DNA from: Octopus sinensis
Taxonomy: Eukaryota
Direction: 5' to 3'
DNA: 64,000 nt
NCBI RefSeq assembly: GCF_006345805.1
Contig: NC_043018.1
Coordinates: 2,418,001-2,482,000 of the forward strand
Positions 37,660 to 50,860 of this stretch are shown here, piece by piece. Below the pieces are notes generated by a model. The model saw only the letters and a program-made list of their open reading frames with translations. It had not been told where the DNA came from and searched no databases. Within the stretch, counting starts at the first letter, position 1. The number at the start of each line of letters is the position of its first letter. Made by a program: the position numbers and the translations under genes.

Positions 37660-37701
<42 letters not shown>

Positions 37702-38464
37702 TATAATATATATATATATATACATATATATATGCATATGCATGTATAAATATATTAATCTGTAAAAATATAACTATTTGTGATATCGCGTAAAAATTGA
37801 TTTAAAAGAATTTGAGACAGTTGGCTTCCAGTCGTCCATCTATATGCACGAATTATGAAGCCAGACACATGAGACGTTCGTAGGGGACGACAAGAACCAA
37901 CACTCCATGCGGCAGGCTTAATACTTGTGGATAATTCCCGCATGAAATACATGGTTGCCTTGTTAACCAACAGATGCAGAATAATTATCCACGAATGCAG
38001 TGTTAAGCACACATTTTCACTATCATATTAGCATTAGTATGTATATATGTGTATATGTTTGTGTGTTTTATGCGCGTGAGTGCGTTTGTGTGTATAAACA
38101 CAGACACGCCCGAACACCCATATATATATACTTGACAAACCACTCTAACAAGATCGCAGATATATCACATCTACATCATTCTAATACGATAGAACGGTTA
38201 TAGATGCATAATGCACGGTTGAAAGAGACCCAATGAAATAGCCTCGATTTTCAAAAATATTTTAAACTGTTTTACAGTAAATTAGTTTTACTTTTCAATG
38301 TTGCCGATGTAATTTGCTGCAATGAACCTTGCTGACTTCTTCGTTGTTCTACTCTCCCTACCATTAAATATTTCTGTTTATCCTTCCGCTTCTTGTCCTT
38401 TTTTCTGTCAATCGATCGATGGATCGATCTGATCTTATATCAGCATATATTTCCTTTCACATGT

Positions 38465-38475
38465 ATGTACGTACG

Positions 38476-38509
<34 letters not shown>

Positions 38510-38584
38510 TGTATGTATGTATGTATGCATGCATGTATGTATGTATGTATGTATGTATGTATGTATGTATGTATGTATGTATGC

Positions 38585-38668
<84 letters not shown>

Positions 38669-38700
38669 CTCTCTCTCTCTATCTATCTATCTATATATTT
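38465..38700. repeat. Compound microsatellite (TATG)n-(TCTA)n-(TC)n
   Basis: Directly visible. Confidence 0.95.
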
Positions 38701-38927
38701 ATCTAATTACCTACCTATGTATATATCTATCTCCGTATCTTTCTTTTAACATTTCCCTCTCATTTCTCGGTCTCAATATTTCTCTTTCACTCTCTCTGTA
38801 TATACATATGCATGTGTGCACCAGTGTGTATGAAAGAAGGATATATATATATATTAATATATATATATACACGTATATATATATTATTGTATATGTATAT
38901 GTGTCTCTGTGTGTATTTATATACTCC

Positions 38928-38959
<32 letters not shown>

Positions 38960-40754
38960 TATATATATACACATAAATGTGGGTATGCGTGTGTATAACT
39001 AATGAAATTACATACACACAAACACTAACACAGTGTGTATATATCTATGGTTTCTGCGCGTGCTTTGGTATATATGCATTTGTGTCCGCGGAGCGTGTGA
39101 TTTTGTGTTTAAATATGTGTGTGGTATAATGTGTTTCAATGTGAGTGATTGCTTACAAGCACTCACCTTCTCTCTCTCTCTCTCTCTCTCTCTCCCTCGC
39201 TCTATCTTTCTTCCTCTCTCTCTCTCCAACTCTCTTTCTCCCCCACTCTCTGTGTAGTCTCCTGCATCTATATGTATTTGCCTGAGTGTCTGTCTGTGAA
39301 CGTATGCATCTGTGTGTATTCATGAGTATGTGTCGGGCCTACATATGGTCAATAATTGATAAAAGATCTGACAAATATTTCGCTCTTTCTATCGTTAATT
39401 ATATCAGCCGCAAACCTCTGCTTCGCTATCTCTCGGGGGAAGAGAGGAATCTATAAATGTTGTAAAGCATGCTATATATTATATATCGTTACAAATATGG
39501 TTACTGCATCAGCTGATAATGGTCTCTCTGCTGGGCCATATTCGCATATATGCATACACAGATACAAGCACATAGCCGTCGGTTGCACAAACATCCAAGT
39601 ACTCACAAGCACACACACACACATATATATATATACATATATATATACATATATATATGCGTATATATGTATGTGTATATATATATATATATATATAATA
39701 TATATATATATACACATACATACACATGTATGAGTTTTGTGTATATGTATATAGTTTTGTCCGTGTGTTTTGTGTATTGTATATTAATATCCAATCGTAC
39801 AAGGTGCTACCAATAGAATCAGAGTTCCAGCCAATGAGGTAGTCAATCTACTATAAATAGCTACTAAATTACCATGAAATCCTGCCCTACAGACTAAGGG
39901 ACTGATGTTATATGCTCTATGCTCTATTTATTGTAGTTCTCATCGTTATCTTCTACTTGTCCAGGTCCTGTTGATCCGATCCGCTCTCCCTCTTCATGTG
40001 GCATATATTGTAATCGGGCCACAATGCCTCCAAAGACGAAAGGGCAAACATGGAATGATATCATTTAATCGGCGTTCTGTTTGATCTGACTTAACCCGAA
40101 GCTTCATGATTTATAACTGACCGCCAGGGAGACGACTACAGCACAGCCACTCTAGCTGCTAGAAATATACGGATGGCATACTGCAATGTCCTTGTCTTGA
40201 AGGGTATCGCTGCAATAAGTTTGTGAATCAGAGGGGAGAATATGTTGAATAAGATCATATATGAACTGATTCGTCTGTAATGTTTAATCAAAATCAGGAA
40301 ATTTTCAGCACCTCTATGTAAATGATGTTTCTAAAATTTGAAGTGGACATCTCTAAAATACCTACGTGCACGTTGGTGTGAGTTGTATAATTAAATATTT
40401 GAAAGGAACATACTTCCAGAAACGTTTCACGTCTTATAGGAAAGGTATTCATTGCAAAATACATGTGAAATGGCCTGCTACTCTATGTATGTATGTATAT
40501 GTATGTATGTGTGTATGTATGTGTGTATGTATGTGTGTATGTATGTGTGTATATGTATGTATGTGTATATGTATACATGAGTATGTATTTGTGTGTATAT
40601 ATGCATGTATTTATGGATATGTAAGTATACACATGTATGTATATATATATATATATATGTGTGTGCGTGTGTGTGTGTGTATGTATATACATATATACAT
40701 ATGATGTTTATATAACATATGTTTATGAGTACACACCCATAAATACACACTCAT

Positions 40755-40786
<32 letters not shown>

Positions 40787-41096
40787 CATATATATATCAT
40801 GCAGATGTTCGCTTATTTCCATTTTTCTCAATCGAATTATGTTACATGGAATGTGGTACGTCTAACGACTTGACAATGAAACTTGGTTATGTAATTTGCG
40901 TTATTTAATAAATAATCACTCATTGTTAATGACGCTAACGTAAAAGTGTGCTGCTAAATATTCAATAAACAATCTCACATATTTTCCCTTGCTTTCTTTA
41001 AGTAGGATATGTAACACCCACATTCTTCATCCGTTTCGAATGATACAAATTCACTAAGACAAATAGACAAATACTGAATATTTATATCGTAATTTC

Positions 41097-41335
41097 TGGG
41101 GCGGCGAGCTGACGGAAAGATTAGTACGCCGGGCGAAATGCTTAGCTTCGTTTCGTCTGTCTTTTCGTTCTGAATTTGGCTGGGTCCCCTACCATCAAAT
41201 TTCTGGCTTCGCATCTATAATACAAAGCCAAGATCGACTTTGCCTGTCATCTTTTCGGGGGTCGATAAATGAAGTACCAGTTGCGTACTGAAGTCGATCT
41301 AACTGAGTGGGCCCACTACCATCAAATTTCGGGCC

Positions 41336-41340
<5 letters not shown>
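41097..41340 (+). mobile_element. Degenerate family B SINE ending in (ATT)n
   Basis: Head gggcggcgagctgacggaaagattagtacgccgggcgaaatgc plus family B core; local duplication of ctaccatcaaatttc. Confidence 0.75.
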
Positions 41341-41393
<53 letters not shown>

Positions 41394-41397
41394 TATT

Positions 41398-41757
41398 GCG
41401 GTATTTCGTCTGTCGTTACGTTCTGAGTTCAAATTCCGCCGAGGTCGACTTTGCCTTTCATCCTTTCGGAGTCGATAAATTAAGTACCAGTTACGCGCTG
41501 GGGTCGATATAATCGATTTATCCGTCTGTCTGTTCTTGTTTGTCCCCTCTGTGTGTAGCCCATTTTGGGCAGAAAAATAAATAGGTATTTCCTATGTCTT
41601 TTTGTTCTGAGTTCAAATTCCGCACAGCTCGACTTTGCCTTTCATCCTTTTGGGGTCGATAAATTAAGTACGAGATGCGTACTTGGGTCGATGAAATCGA
41701 CTGGGCCCCTCCCACCGAATTTTGGGCCTTTTGCTTAGAGTAGAAAAGAATGTGTTT
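41398..41757 (+). mobile_element. 5'-truncated dimeric family B SINE
   Basis: Same two-module order and the same junction (aaataggtatttc) as 16198-16574; ends tagagtagaaaag. Confidence 0.85.
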
Positions 41758-41784
41758 GTGTAAGTTTGTGTGTGTTTGTTGAGA

Positions 41785-41990
41785 GAGAGGTCAATGAAAA
41801 CGCCCATATCACCAAAGATGCTTTGAAAGCTGTCATAGTCAGAATAATGTCCAAAATGAACCAGGACCACTTGACTCGAGCATGTAGATGATTTAGATCT
41901 CATATAGAAGCAGTTTTTGAAGATGAAGGTGGCGTTATTGAATAACATAATAGAAAGGAATGTTTATTTTTATCCTGATAGTATTTTTTG
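41785..41990 (+). mobile_element. Tc1/mariner transposase C-terminal fragment
   Basis: Translates to KDALKAVIVRIMSKMNQDHLTRACR*FRSHIEAVFEDEGGVIE*, the typical 'AC..F..R.EAVI...GG.IE' end of Tc1/maT-type transposases. Confidence 0.7.
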
Positions 41991-42008
41991 ATAAATAAAA
42001 TTATCTCT

Positions 42009-42290
42009 CTTTTTACTCTTTTACTTGTTTCTGTCATTTGACTGCGGCCATGCTGGAGCATCGCCTTTAATCGAGCAAATCGACACCAGGACGTATTCTT
42101 TGTAAGCCTAGTACTTATTCTGTCGGTCTGTTTTGCCGATCCGCTAAGTTACGGGAACGTAAACACACCAGTCTTTGATTGGCCCGAGGCTATAGTAGAA
42201 GACACTTGCCCAAGGTGCCACGCAGTGAGACTGAACCCAGAACCATGTGGTTCGTAAGCAAGCTACTTACCACACAGCCACTCCTGCGCC
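42009..42290 (-). mobile_element. Family A SINE with its central ~130 bp, including the microsatellite, deleted
   Basis: The 3' half is joined directly to the head at gtaaacacaccagt|ctttgattggcccgagg. Confidence 0.88.
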
Positions 42291-42342
42291 TTTATTATAA
42301 ACAAAAATCTGTCCTCAGATATCTTACTCACCTTGTATGTAT

Positions 42343-42397
<55 letters not shown>

Positions 42398-43072
42398 TAT
42401 ATATAGTGTAATAAATAAAATATATGCATACATACAACATATATGTACGTACCTACATCTACATGTATATATACATGCATATATAAATATATATATACGT
42501 GTGTACAGGACACCACAAATAGACGTAGAACTCAACGAGAAACGAAAACGTAAAAACAGCATGGAACGCACCATTTTTTTAACAACGGAGAAACAGAGTA
42601 CAAGACAATTACAGAAGGAAAAATCCCCTTCATCAGCTGTCCCTAGTTCAACTCCAGCGTGTTTCGAAGGTGAGGACAGAACACGTCTCGTCGAACTACT
42701 TCTTCCTGCGAAAGAATTAAATAAAATTCCTTTGCAGAGGGGTAAAAACAAGGAAAAGAATATGACAAAAACAGAACGTAAAAACAATACAATTAAAAAC
42801 AAATACAAAATAAAAATACAATTACAAAAAATACAGTACAAGAAGGAATAGAAACAGGACAGGAAAACAAATAAAGAGGGCCTATAAGCCTAGACGAGGA
42901 AAAAATTTTTTTCACGAGCGCAGGAAGAAACATGTTTACTTGAATAAAGCCGCCAGCGAAAGGAAGTTCGTAGACCCGGCTGTGAGAGAGATGAGGAGGA
43001 GTGAGAGAGAGAGATAGATAGAGAGGAAGGAAGCAAGAGAGGGATATATATATATATATATATGTATATATA

Positions 43073-43925
43073 TCAGGTCATCCTATAAGTTCTGTCCGAA
43101 TTTTGAATAAAGTAAATAAGTTATCAAATGTTATATTTAATTGAAATTTAATCATCATTGTACTTTCCCTGATTATCTATGACTTCCTTCCATCTATTTA
43201 CAAGCTTTTTAATCCCATCAATATAAAACGCTTTTCGTTTCAAAGCGAAGACCTCTGCAATGTTAGTTTCGACCACTTCCTGGCTTGCAAAAGTTATGTT
43301 CCCCAAATGATTTTGTAAACAACAAATGGTAGTCTCAAGGAACAAGGTCGGGAGTATAAGATGGATAAGGAATTCTTTCTCAACCAAGTTCTTCGATCTT
43401 CTGTGATGTGTGTTTTGCAGTGTGGGGTCGCGCATTGTCCTGATGAAACATCACTCCTCTTCGGTTCACTAAAGCGGATCTTTTTTCGTCAAAGCTTGGT
43501 TCAAACGCTGATGGTAGACTTGATTGTTGCATTAGGTGGTAACAATTTACAGTGAATTACTCCTTTGCAATCCCACCGGATAGAGAGAACCTTTTCCCCA
43601 AGAAGTTCCCTTCTCGGTTGCGGTTGAATTTTTTTCCCCTTTTACCGAACCACCGTTTCCCACATTTAACATTTCGTTAGAAGACCCATTTTTCGTCACC
43701 AGTCAAAAGTCTATCCAAAAAGGGTGAAATGAATTCCCGATAATGAAGAGAAGAGCAAATGTCAACTCAAGATTTGCGGTTGCATTCGTACAATTCATGA
43801 GGCACCAATTTTTCAAGTTTAGGAAGCTTTCCAAGTTGTTGCAGAGGGCGATGAACAGCTGTATGGTTTGGACTATGATTTATTGCCAATTCTTCAACTG
43901 ATAATGCAGGATTTTCTTCAAGTGA
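43073..43925 (-). mobile_element. Decayed mariner transposon (3' two-thirds with one TIR)
   Basis: TA|TCAGGTCATCCTATAAGTTCTGTCCG terminus. Minus-strand fragments LEENPALSVEELA, LVPHEL, LLTGDEKWVF, GVMFHQDNARPHTAKHT, YTPDLVP*DYHL and GIKKLVNRWKEVIDNQGKY (DD34D-type). Confidence 0.92.
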
Positions 43926-45032
43926 TGCGATGCATGTATGTTTGTTTGTATGTATAGATGTGTTAATGTAATGCTTATATGTTGCGTTAGAGCAAACATT
44001 ACTGCGATATTTACCAAGAGATAGAGCCTCGTGCGTTTTCAGGACGTGCAATCACTGCGTATTTTTACATCAGCAATCAGCGTAACTCCCGCTGCCACGT
44101 CTACTCGATCACATGATTTCAGCGAACTTCGACCTTGTCAAAAGTAGATTCTTGACTGCTGAAACTAGAAATGCTCCGCTAGAGATATATATATACATAT
44201 GCATGTGTATGTGTGTGTGTAAATGTGCATATATGCATTTATATATATATATATATTATATATATATATATATAAATATATATATAAGCATATATATGAA
44301 TATATATATATATAGAAATGTATATAAATATGTGAATATATATATATATATTTAATATATATATAAATATATATATTTATTTATATATATGCGTAATGCT
44401 ACAAGCAAAACACGAACGCGTACACATTTACACACACAGACACATATATGTATTTATCGAAATGAGCACATATACATACATAAACATATACCAGCACATA
44501 CATTGATGTATTGGTGTGTGTGTGTGTGTGTGTCTGAACATGTACGCATATGCGTTTAGCGTTTGAGCGTGAGCTAGTACTTCTGTCCCTGTGTGTGTTT
44601 AATTATGGACGTTTGCATACGGATGTTTAAATGGCGTGAAGTACTTAATATTTAACGAGATTCCGATTTAATCTCTTTCAAAGATCTATTTATTGTGTTT
44701 TAAATATTTCGAATTCATTCTCAGAATTACGAATAATTTCCTGCGTCCCTCTCTTTCTTTTTCCCTTCTCTCTCTTCCACTTCTCTCTAACCTATTATAC
44801 ATTGTTCGTCTCAGTGGTGTTATTGCAGTTATTGTTTTGGCATAAATCTTCAATTACCGTTCTTGACAATTATGTGGAAATGATGTTCTTAATAATGTAC
44901 ATAATTTTCCATTCTGTTGAATGTTTGAATATTCATTTCATTTTCGACCAATTTTTTCCTTACCGAAATATCAAAGAAAATGTATACTTATATACATACA
45001 TACATACATACATACATACATACATACATACA

Positions 45033-45068
<36 letters not shown>

Positions 45069-45136
45069 TAACGAAAGACAAGGTAATTGCTATTTTTTAT
45101 GTTGTTACAAGTTTTGTTGTTATACTTGTCATTTAG

Positions 45137-45470
45137 CCCAAGGTCATCAATCTTCCAACGGTTTTGTGATGAAACTGTCCGAGTCGTGTCTGTTCCGTAA
45201 GTTTTCTATTAAAATCTATTATGTATCTTATAATGCAATGTGTTTTCTAATATTCTCACAGTGAAGAGAATGTTCACCTTTCAGCTGCGAATGTTCTTCT
45301 CATAAACTTATAGTGTTACAAACCATAGAAATATATCGGTGCTTTTGTAGCACTATTCGTCAATGCAAAATCCCATGTGAAGACGAATATCACAGTATTC
45401 CGGATTTCCTAGAGCATATCAATACACACATCTCTATTCTCAACAAATTCCTGCATCTGTCACTAATAAA
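45137..45470 (+). other. Candidate spliced transcript: 60-nt exon (45137-45196), 65-nt intron, following exon from 45262
   Basis: ttgtcatttag| acceptor, |GTAAGT donor, CTAAT branch-like site and ctcacag| acceptor. One joined frame reads PRSSIFQRFCDETVRVVSVPEENVHLSAANVLLINL*; AATAAA at ~45464. No homolog recognised. Confidence 0.3.
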
Positions 45471-46509
45471 ATCTTGCTAAATATGTTGTATATATGCATG
45501 GATTATTTGACGCTGCATCGTAGAACTTTAGCGTCTGTCATTCTGCTTAAAATGGTAGGACGTAGTGCCTTAGTTCCCAATATTTTCAGGCAGCCGCCCC
45601 TTGGCACCTGGGCCACATTCCCGGCGACCTTCACCCTCTCACCACCATAAGCAGCCCACTTTCCGCAGCAAATTCGTAACAATTTATTTCACAAATAAAA
45701 CTATGCCATTATGTTGTATTTTTTACATCCATCGTTTTGGACACACCATTATCACCTCACCTTTCTTCAACATCCCGCCCTGAGTCTTTCCACGACCGCC
45801 AGGGAACACTACCACCCGCTTGGAGAACTCCTGGTATAGTGTTTGATCTGAAGGTAGTTTAATAAAATTTCTAACAAAAGGAAGAACCGCGTGGAAGATT
45901 TTATTTTTGCGTTGGTGATGTTACTCTGTCAGATGGTAACTCTTTATTATCAAATATTTCTGATGTTCACCTTTAATGTTACTATCATTATTGCAGTAGT
46001 CGCCGTATCCTTCTACCTTTGAAGATGATATAGTTAATTTTTGAGGATTATTGGGCTGCTATTTCCGGCCGGATGTGTGACCTCCCTGATTTTTATAGGT
46101 AAAAACATTGTTCTTCGATTCAACTTTGCGTATATGAGCGAGTTGGATAATTTTTGCATGTGTTTGTGTTTTTATGTATGTGGTTGTGTGAACATTGTCA
46201 AGACACCAAGTGTCTGGCATTTGCATGAAATGTAATACGACATGAATAAAAGTCGCATATACTTTTAACCATTCCAGTTGTACAATGACGCTGCTATCGA
46301 ACAGATTAATGAAAAAATTATATTATTGTATTATAATACACTTAACGTCGTGTTAGATTTATTTTGTATAGAAATGCGAGAAGGTATTTCCGAGTGAATT
46401 TCATTGTTTGCGGTGAAAGCTTTGCTAACTTGAAATTTTAACCTATGGGGAAATATGCCAACTGAAACAGTGAAAAAGTAATATTTCCGTTGCTAGATGT
46501 ATATATATA

Positions 46510-46541
<32 letters not shown>

Positions 46542-46611
46542 CGGGAGACGCATCCCGTTGCTCGCACCAACACATAGAAAAACGAATTGAAGAAGGCATG
46601 TACATGTATAA

Positions 46612-46675
<64 letters not shown>

Positions 46676-46745
46676 GGAGACGCATCCCGTTGCTCGCACC
46701 AACACATAGAAAAACGAATTGAAGAAGGCATGTACATGTATAAAT

Positions 46746-46750
<5 letters not shown>
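46542..46750. repeat. Two identical ~75-bp units separated by (TA)n
   Basis: cgggagacgcatcccgttgctcgcaccaacacatagaaaaacgaattgaagaaggcatgtacatg at 46542 and 46674. Confidence 0.95.
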
Positions 46751-46807
<57 letters not shown>

Positions 46808-47639
46808 ATGTATATATGTATCATGGTGAGAATACGTATAAAGTACAAAGAATAAGTGAGTGGAGAAGGCTTTGAATGTAAGGTGGGAAATCCTATATTG
46901 GAATTCATGATTGCGTGCTTGCACAGGTAAGACCGCATGCTAAGAATTGACACAGACATGGCTGTAGACCTCCTGCGTCGAAACCCGTCGTTTGCATGTG
47001 TGTGTATTGTAAATATAATTGTATAAGTTTTGGCATTTTCTTTTGATCATGTAGAAATTAGTTTAATAGCGGGGCAGATATACCCACGACGAAAAAAAAA
47101 GGCGTATTAGTGTACGTGCACTAATATTCTATTTATTCGTCATGAATTTATGTGTGCCAATATCAGACAATTTTCTATTAATGTTGGAATTTACAAAAAA
47201 AAAACAAAAACAAAAGATGAAGACGCGTGTGTAAACAACAAACACATGCATTAGTTTAACGTTCGGGAAGTGAGAAAGTCCTTTATGTTTCGAGCCTACG
47301 CTCTTCGACACAAAGAAACACAGAAAGAGGCAGAGAGAGGAAACAGAAAAAGGTTTAGTGGCTGGCGATCTTTCATTTCTATATAAGCAACAAATAAGTT
47401 GACTCTATTTCCAAAACTCTCTCTCATCACCATTTGGTAATTTATGCAGAAGATTTATACATACATACACGAATATGTGTGTGTGTGTATACGTGCGTGT
47501 GCGCGTCTTTACACATAGAACGTACTTTTATCTGCTGTTTCTACCGTTAATATATGTATGTATATATACATTACCGCTACACCATACCTAATACACTATA
47601 TGTATGTATATATGCATTATACATACATACATATATATA

Positions 47640-47694
<55 letters not shown>

Positions 47695-47748
47695 CATACA
47701 TACATACATATATATATATATACATACATACATACATACATATATATA

Positions 47749-47779
<31 letters not shown>

Positions 47780-47959
47780 CATACAAATGCTTATGTTCTT
47801 ATGCGTGTGTATGTGCTATTAGGTGCTGTAACTTAGTGGTTCGTCAAAAATACCAAAGAGAATAAATAGCAGACTAATACAAATGTGTGGATTATAACTT
47901 GTTTCTTACTGATATTATTTATACAACCTTATTCCGTTCCTATTTTCGATTTAATGACT

Positions 47960-48190
47960 GATCATCCCATATATTGGTTTCAAACTTTGGCGTCAGGCCT
48001 GAGATTACAGGGCAGAGAAGAAGTCGATTGGATCGACCCTAGTTTTTGGACTGGTACGTGTTTTATCGACCCCGAAAGGAGTGGGGGGAGGCAAAGTCGA
48101 CCTTGCCGGAAATTCAACTGAGAACACAAAAACGGACGAATACTACTAAACATTTTGTCCAGCTTTCTGACCATTCTGCCCTCTTACCAC
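47960..48190 (-). mobile_element. Degenerate family B SINE
   Basis: ttttatcgaccccgaaagga..ggcaaagtcgaccttgccggaaattcaactgagaac. Confidence 0.75.
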
Positions 48191-48384
48191 GTTACATTTC
48201 ATCCCACATATTGATTCGGGTTTTCTTTGATAGATTAAGAAGTCGGTACCCCCGGGAAACACATATCTCAACTGATTAGATTTAATGTGATTTGTCAAAC
48301 GTCCAAATATTCTTTGCCAAATGCCCAGATATTCTTTTCAGTCAATTAACATAAATCATTGTCATTTTGTATCCCTTTATTCGT

Positions 48385-48617
48385 TATATCTTTTAATTGT
48401 TTTCTCTCAATAAACTGCGGCCATGCTGGAATAACGGCTTGAAGAATTTTTAATCGAAAGCATCAGCTATAATACTTATTATTTTTGTTAAGCCCGATAC
48501 AACGATACTCAGTCTATCGGGCTTTTTTGCCGAACCACTAAATTAGACACACACACACAGATATACAGTAAAAAAATCATGTTATATATATATATGTAAT
48601 GAAAACACAAATCAATA

Positions 48618-48676
<59 letters not shown>

Positions 48677-48840
48677 GACGGATTTTTTTCACTTTTCGTC
48701 TGCCAAATACATTCTCAAGTCTTTAGTTGCCCCGAAGCTCTACTAGAAGACAGTTTCGCAAAACTCCACGCAGTGAGATTGAACCTGGAACCATGTGTTG
48801 GGAAGCAAACTTTTTACCACACAGCCAGGCCTGCGCCTAT
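48385..48840 (-). mobile_element. Degenerate family A SINE
   Basis: actgcggccatgctggaat 3' block, internal (TA)n, head ttttaccacacagccaggcctgcgcct. Confidence 0.78.
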
Positions 48841-49669
48841 ATCTCAACAAATGCCATCGTATATTACTGATAATGTTTATATCTGCAGCTGGAGATTGTT
48901 TTCCTGCAATGATCAGGCTTGTGTGGTAGATGATTGTGGAAGAATGATTGTTTGCTATGCATTGAGACCCCTCATTTCCAGCTAAAGCGCGACACTGATA
49001 TATCACGCCACCACCGTTCTTTCAGGAAGACGGCGGAAATAACGTAAAGCAATTTATTTGATACACAAATAATTCCGCGAAACTATCGTCCTGTGTTGGT
49101 AATTTTTAGTCACTAAAGAATAAAAAAGAAAAAATGATGAAAAGGCGAAGTTGTCCTTGGTAAGATTTGAACACAGGGACAGGGAACAAATTCTGCAAAA
49201 TAAAATTTTATGCAACACTTTAAAGAATCGACCGATTTAACGCCATTTAAAAGCGCGCGTGCATTAAGATAATGCTCGGCATTTTTTTTTTAAAGGGGGA
49301 AGTTTTCAGGTCAAGCGACGACATAAAATCTTTTACCGTTAGAGACGGAGAATTAAAGCACGCCAAGATTTCATTCATCAAAAGAAAGTACTTAAAAGTA
49401 ATAATCTGCGTCCATCTGTCATATTAAATAGTAAAACGAAATCAAGTAGAGCAGAGAAAGTTTTACAAGTTAGCTCAAGTCTGTGACAAATGTACATTAG
49501 ATCGAGAAAAGCTGATTGACATCAAAGCATTATGTCTTCCCCTCCGTGTTCTGTAACGAATATGCAATGTCGGATTTTGTAAAGGACAAAGCTAAAAGTA
49601 AAATCCGAAAAGAATTAGTGGACATTATCAAAAAGATTGTAGCAAAAGTTTTCGGTGACATTGCTATTA

Positions 49670-49687
49670 TTATCATTTATTATTATC

Positions 49688-49751
<64 letters not shown>

Positions 49752-50860
49752 CATTTGATAGTTTCAGGCAAATCTCTACTGCATCATCTGCTACACATCC
49801 GTGCTGCAGCAGTTTGTATTGTTGTTTTTCTTTTGCTTCGGTGGTGGTTCGGTTACAGACACTTCTCGGTATCGCATTGCATCAATTTGGTTTTTTTTTT
49901 ACTGGGTTTGTTTGCCGTGTTTTGTTGTATTACTGTTTTGTATTCTGTTTTTGTGTGTATAATTGCGAGATGTGATCTTCTGTTGGGTAGCCGACCGCAG
50001 AATACATATGGCGTTGGGTTGTTTATTTTATTGCATAATTACTATATAGTGTGTGTTTGTGTTTATGGATAGTTTCGTTTGGGTTGTACAATTGAATTGA
50101 TATGTCTTGGGTAGGATGTGAGCTGTTCCTGGCAGGTTTATATTGGAGAATGTGTAGTGTTGAGGGTCTGCGTATAACTTCTATGTTTTATTCATACGCT
50201 CTGTTTTATCGCACCCATTGCTCCAGTTATTACTGGTATTAATTTTATTTCCATACCTCACCTCTTAAATATTTCAATTTCGAGAGATTTTGACTTTGAC
50301 AGTTTTTCCACATCTTTGTGGGCAAGATTTTGTTTAGAAGGGATTGTAATGTCTGCTACGAAGCAGATGTTTTTTGCTTTTTCACATCTTAGTCAGTGTG
50401 AACAGCAATATCCCACATGACTGTGGCCTAGTCTTTCTCATGTACATGTTTATACCAATTCATCTTAATTTTTTTTAATGTTGTGGTGTTGGTATACAGC
50501 CCAGTGAATATATTTACTTACTACATGTTTCTGTATATATGTTCAGATTTGTCCTAGGACTGGAAAGCCAGAGATGTTATGATCAACTGTTGTATTGTTT
50601 TAATTGAACATTCAGCATTTGGTGTTAGAACCTGTTTTCATTATTTTGCTTTTATAGTTGTTTAGGGTCAGACATCGGCCTTGTGCAGTGGGAAATAATC
50701 CTTCCGTTTCTACTTTGAATCCTGCGCTTCTTTGTCATCCGTTGCTTTACCTTAGGCTCACTTCTTTTATGCCAAACCTTGCTCGGTATTGACCATGGGT
50801 TTAATGTTTTCTTTACATTTTCTCCTCAGTATGTCTTGCAGCAGATATCACCCAAATTCC
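49670..50860 (-). mobile_element. Dong/R4-type LINE 3' fragment (zinc knuckle plus restriction-like endonuclease region) with (TAA)n tail
   Basis: Minus-strand fragments resemble 'ETEG..AAQ...L.T.NY', 'TVDH.ISG.P.L', 'KYIHW', 'I.I....N...K..EKLSK.K.LEI' and 'IP.I.GA.G.I'. Ends at the (ATT)n tract 49670-49750; heavily mutated. Confidence 0.7.

Noticed and set aside
42600-42700. CTGATGA and GAAAC on the minus strand suggesting a permuted hammerhead
   Set aside because: Stems I and III cannot be formed convincingly.
46020-46100. Protein-like segment FEDYWAAISGRMCDLPDFY with a donor site
   Set aside because: Its reverse complement matches a dispersed repeat end (gaaatagcagcc.aa..cctcaaa) also seen near 54145 and 58145; the acceptor is purine-rich.
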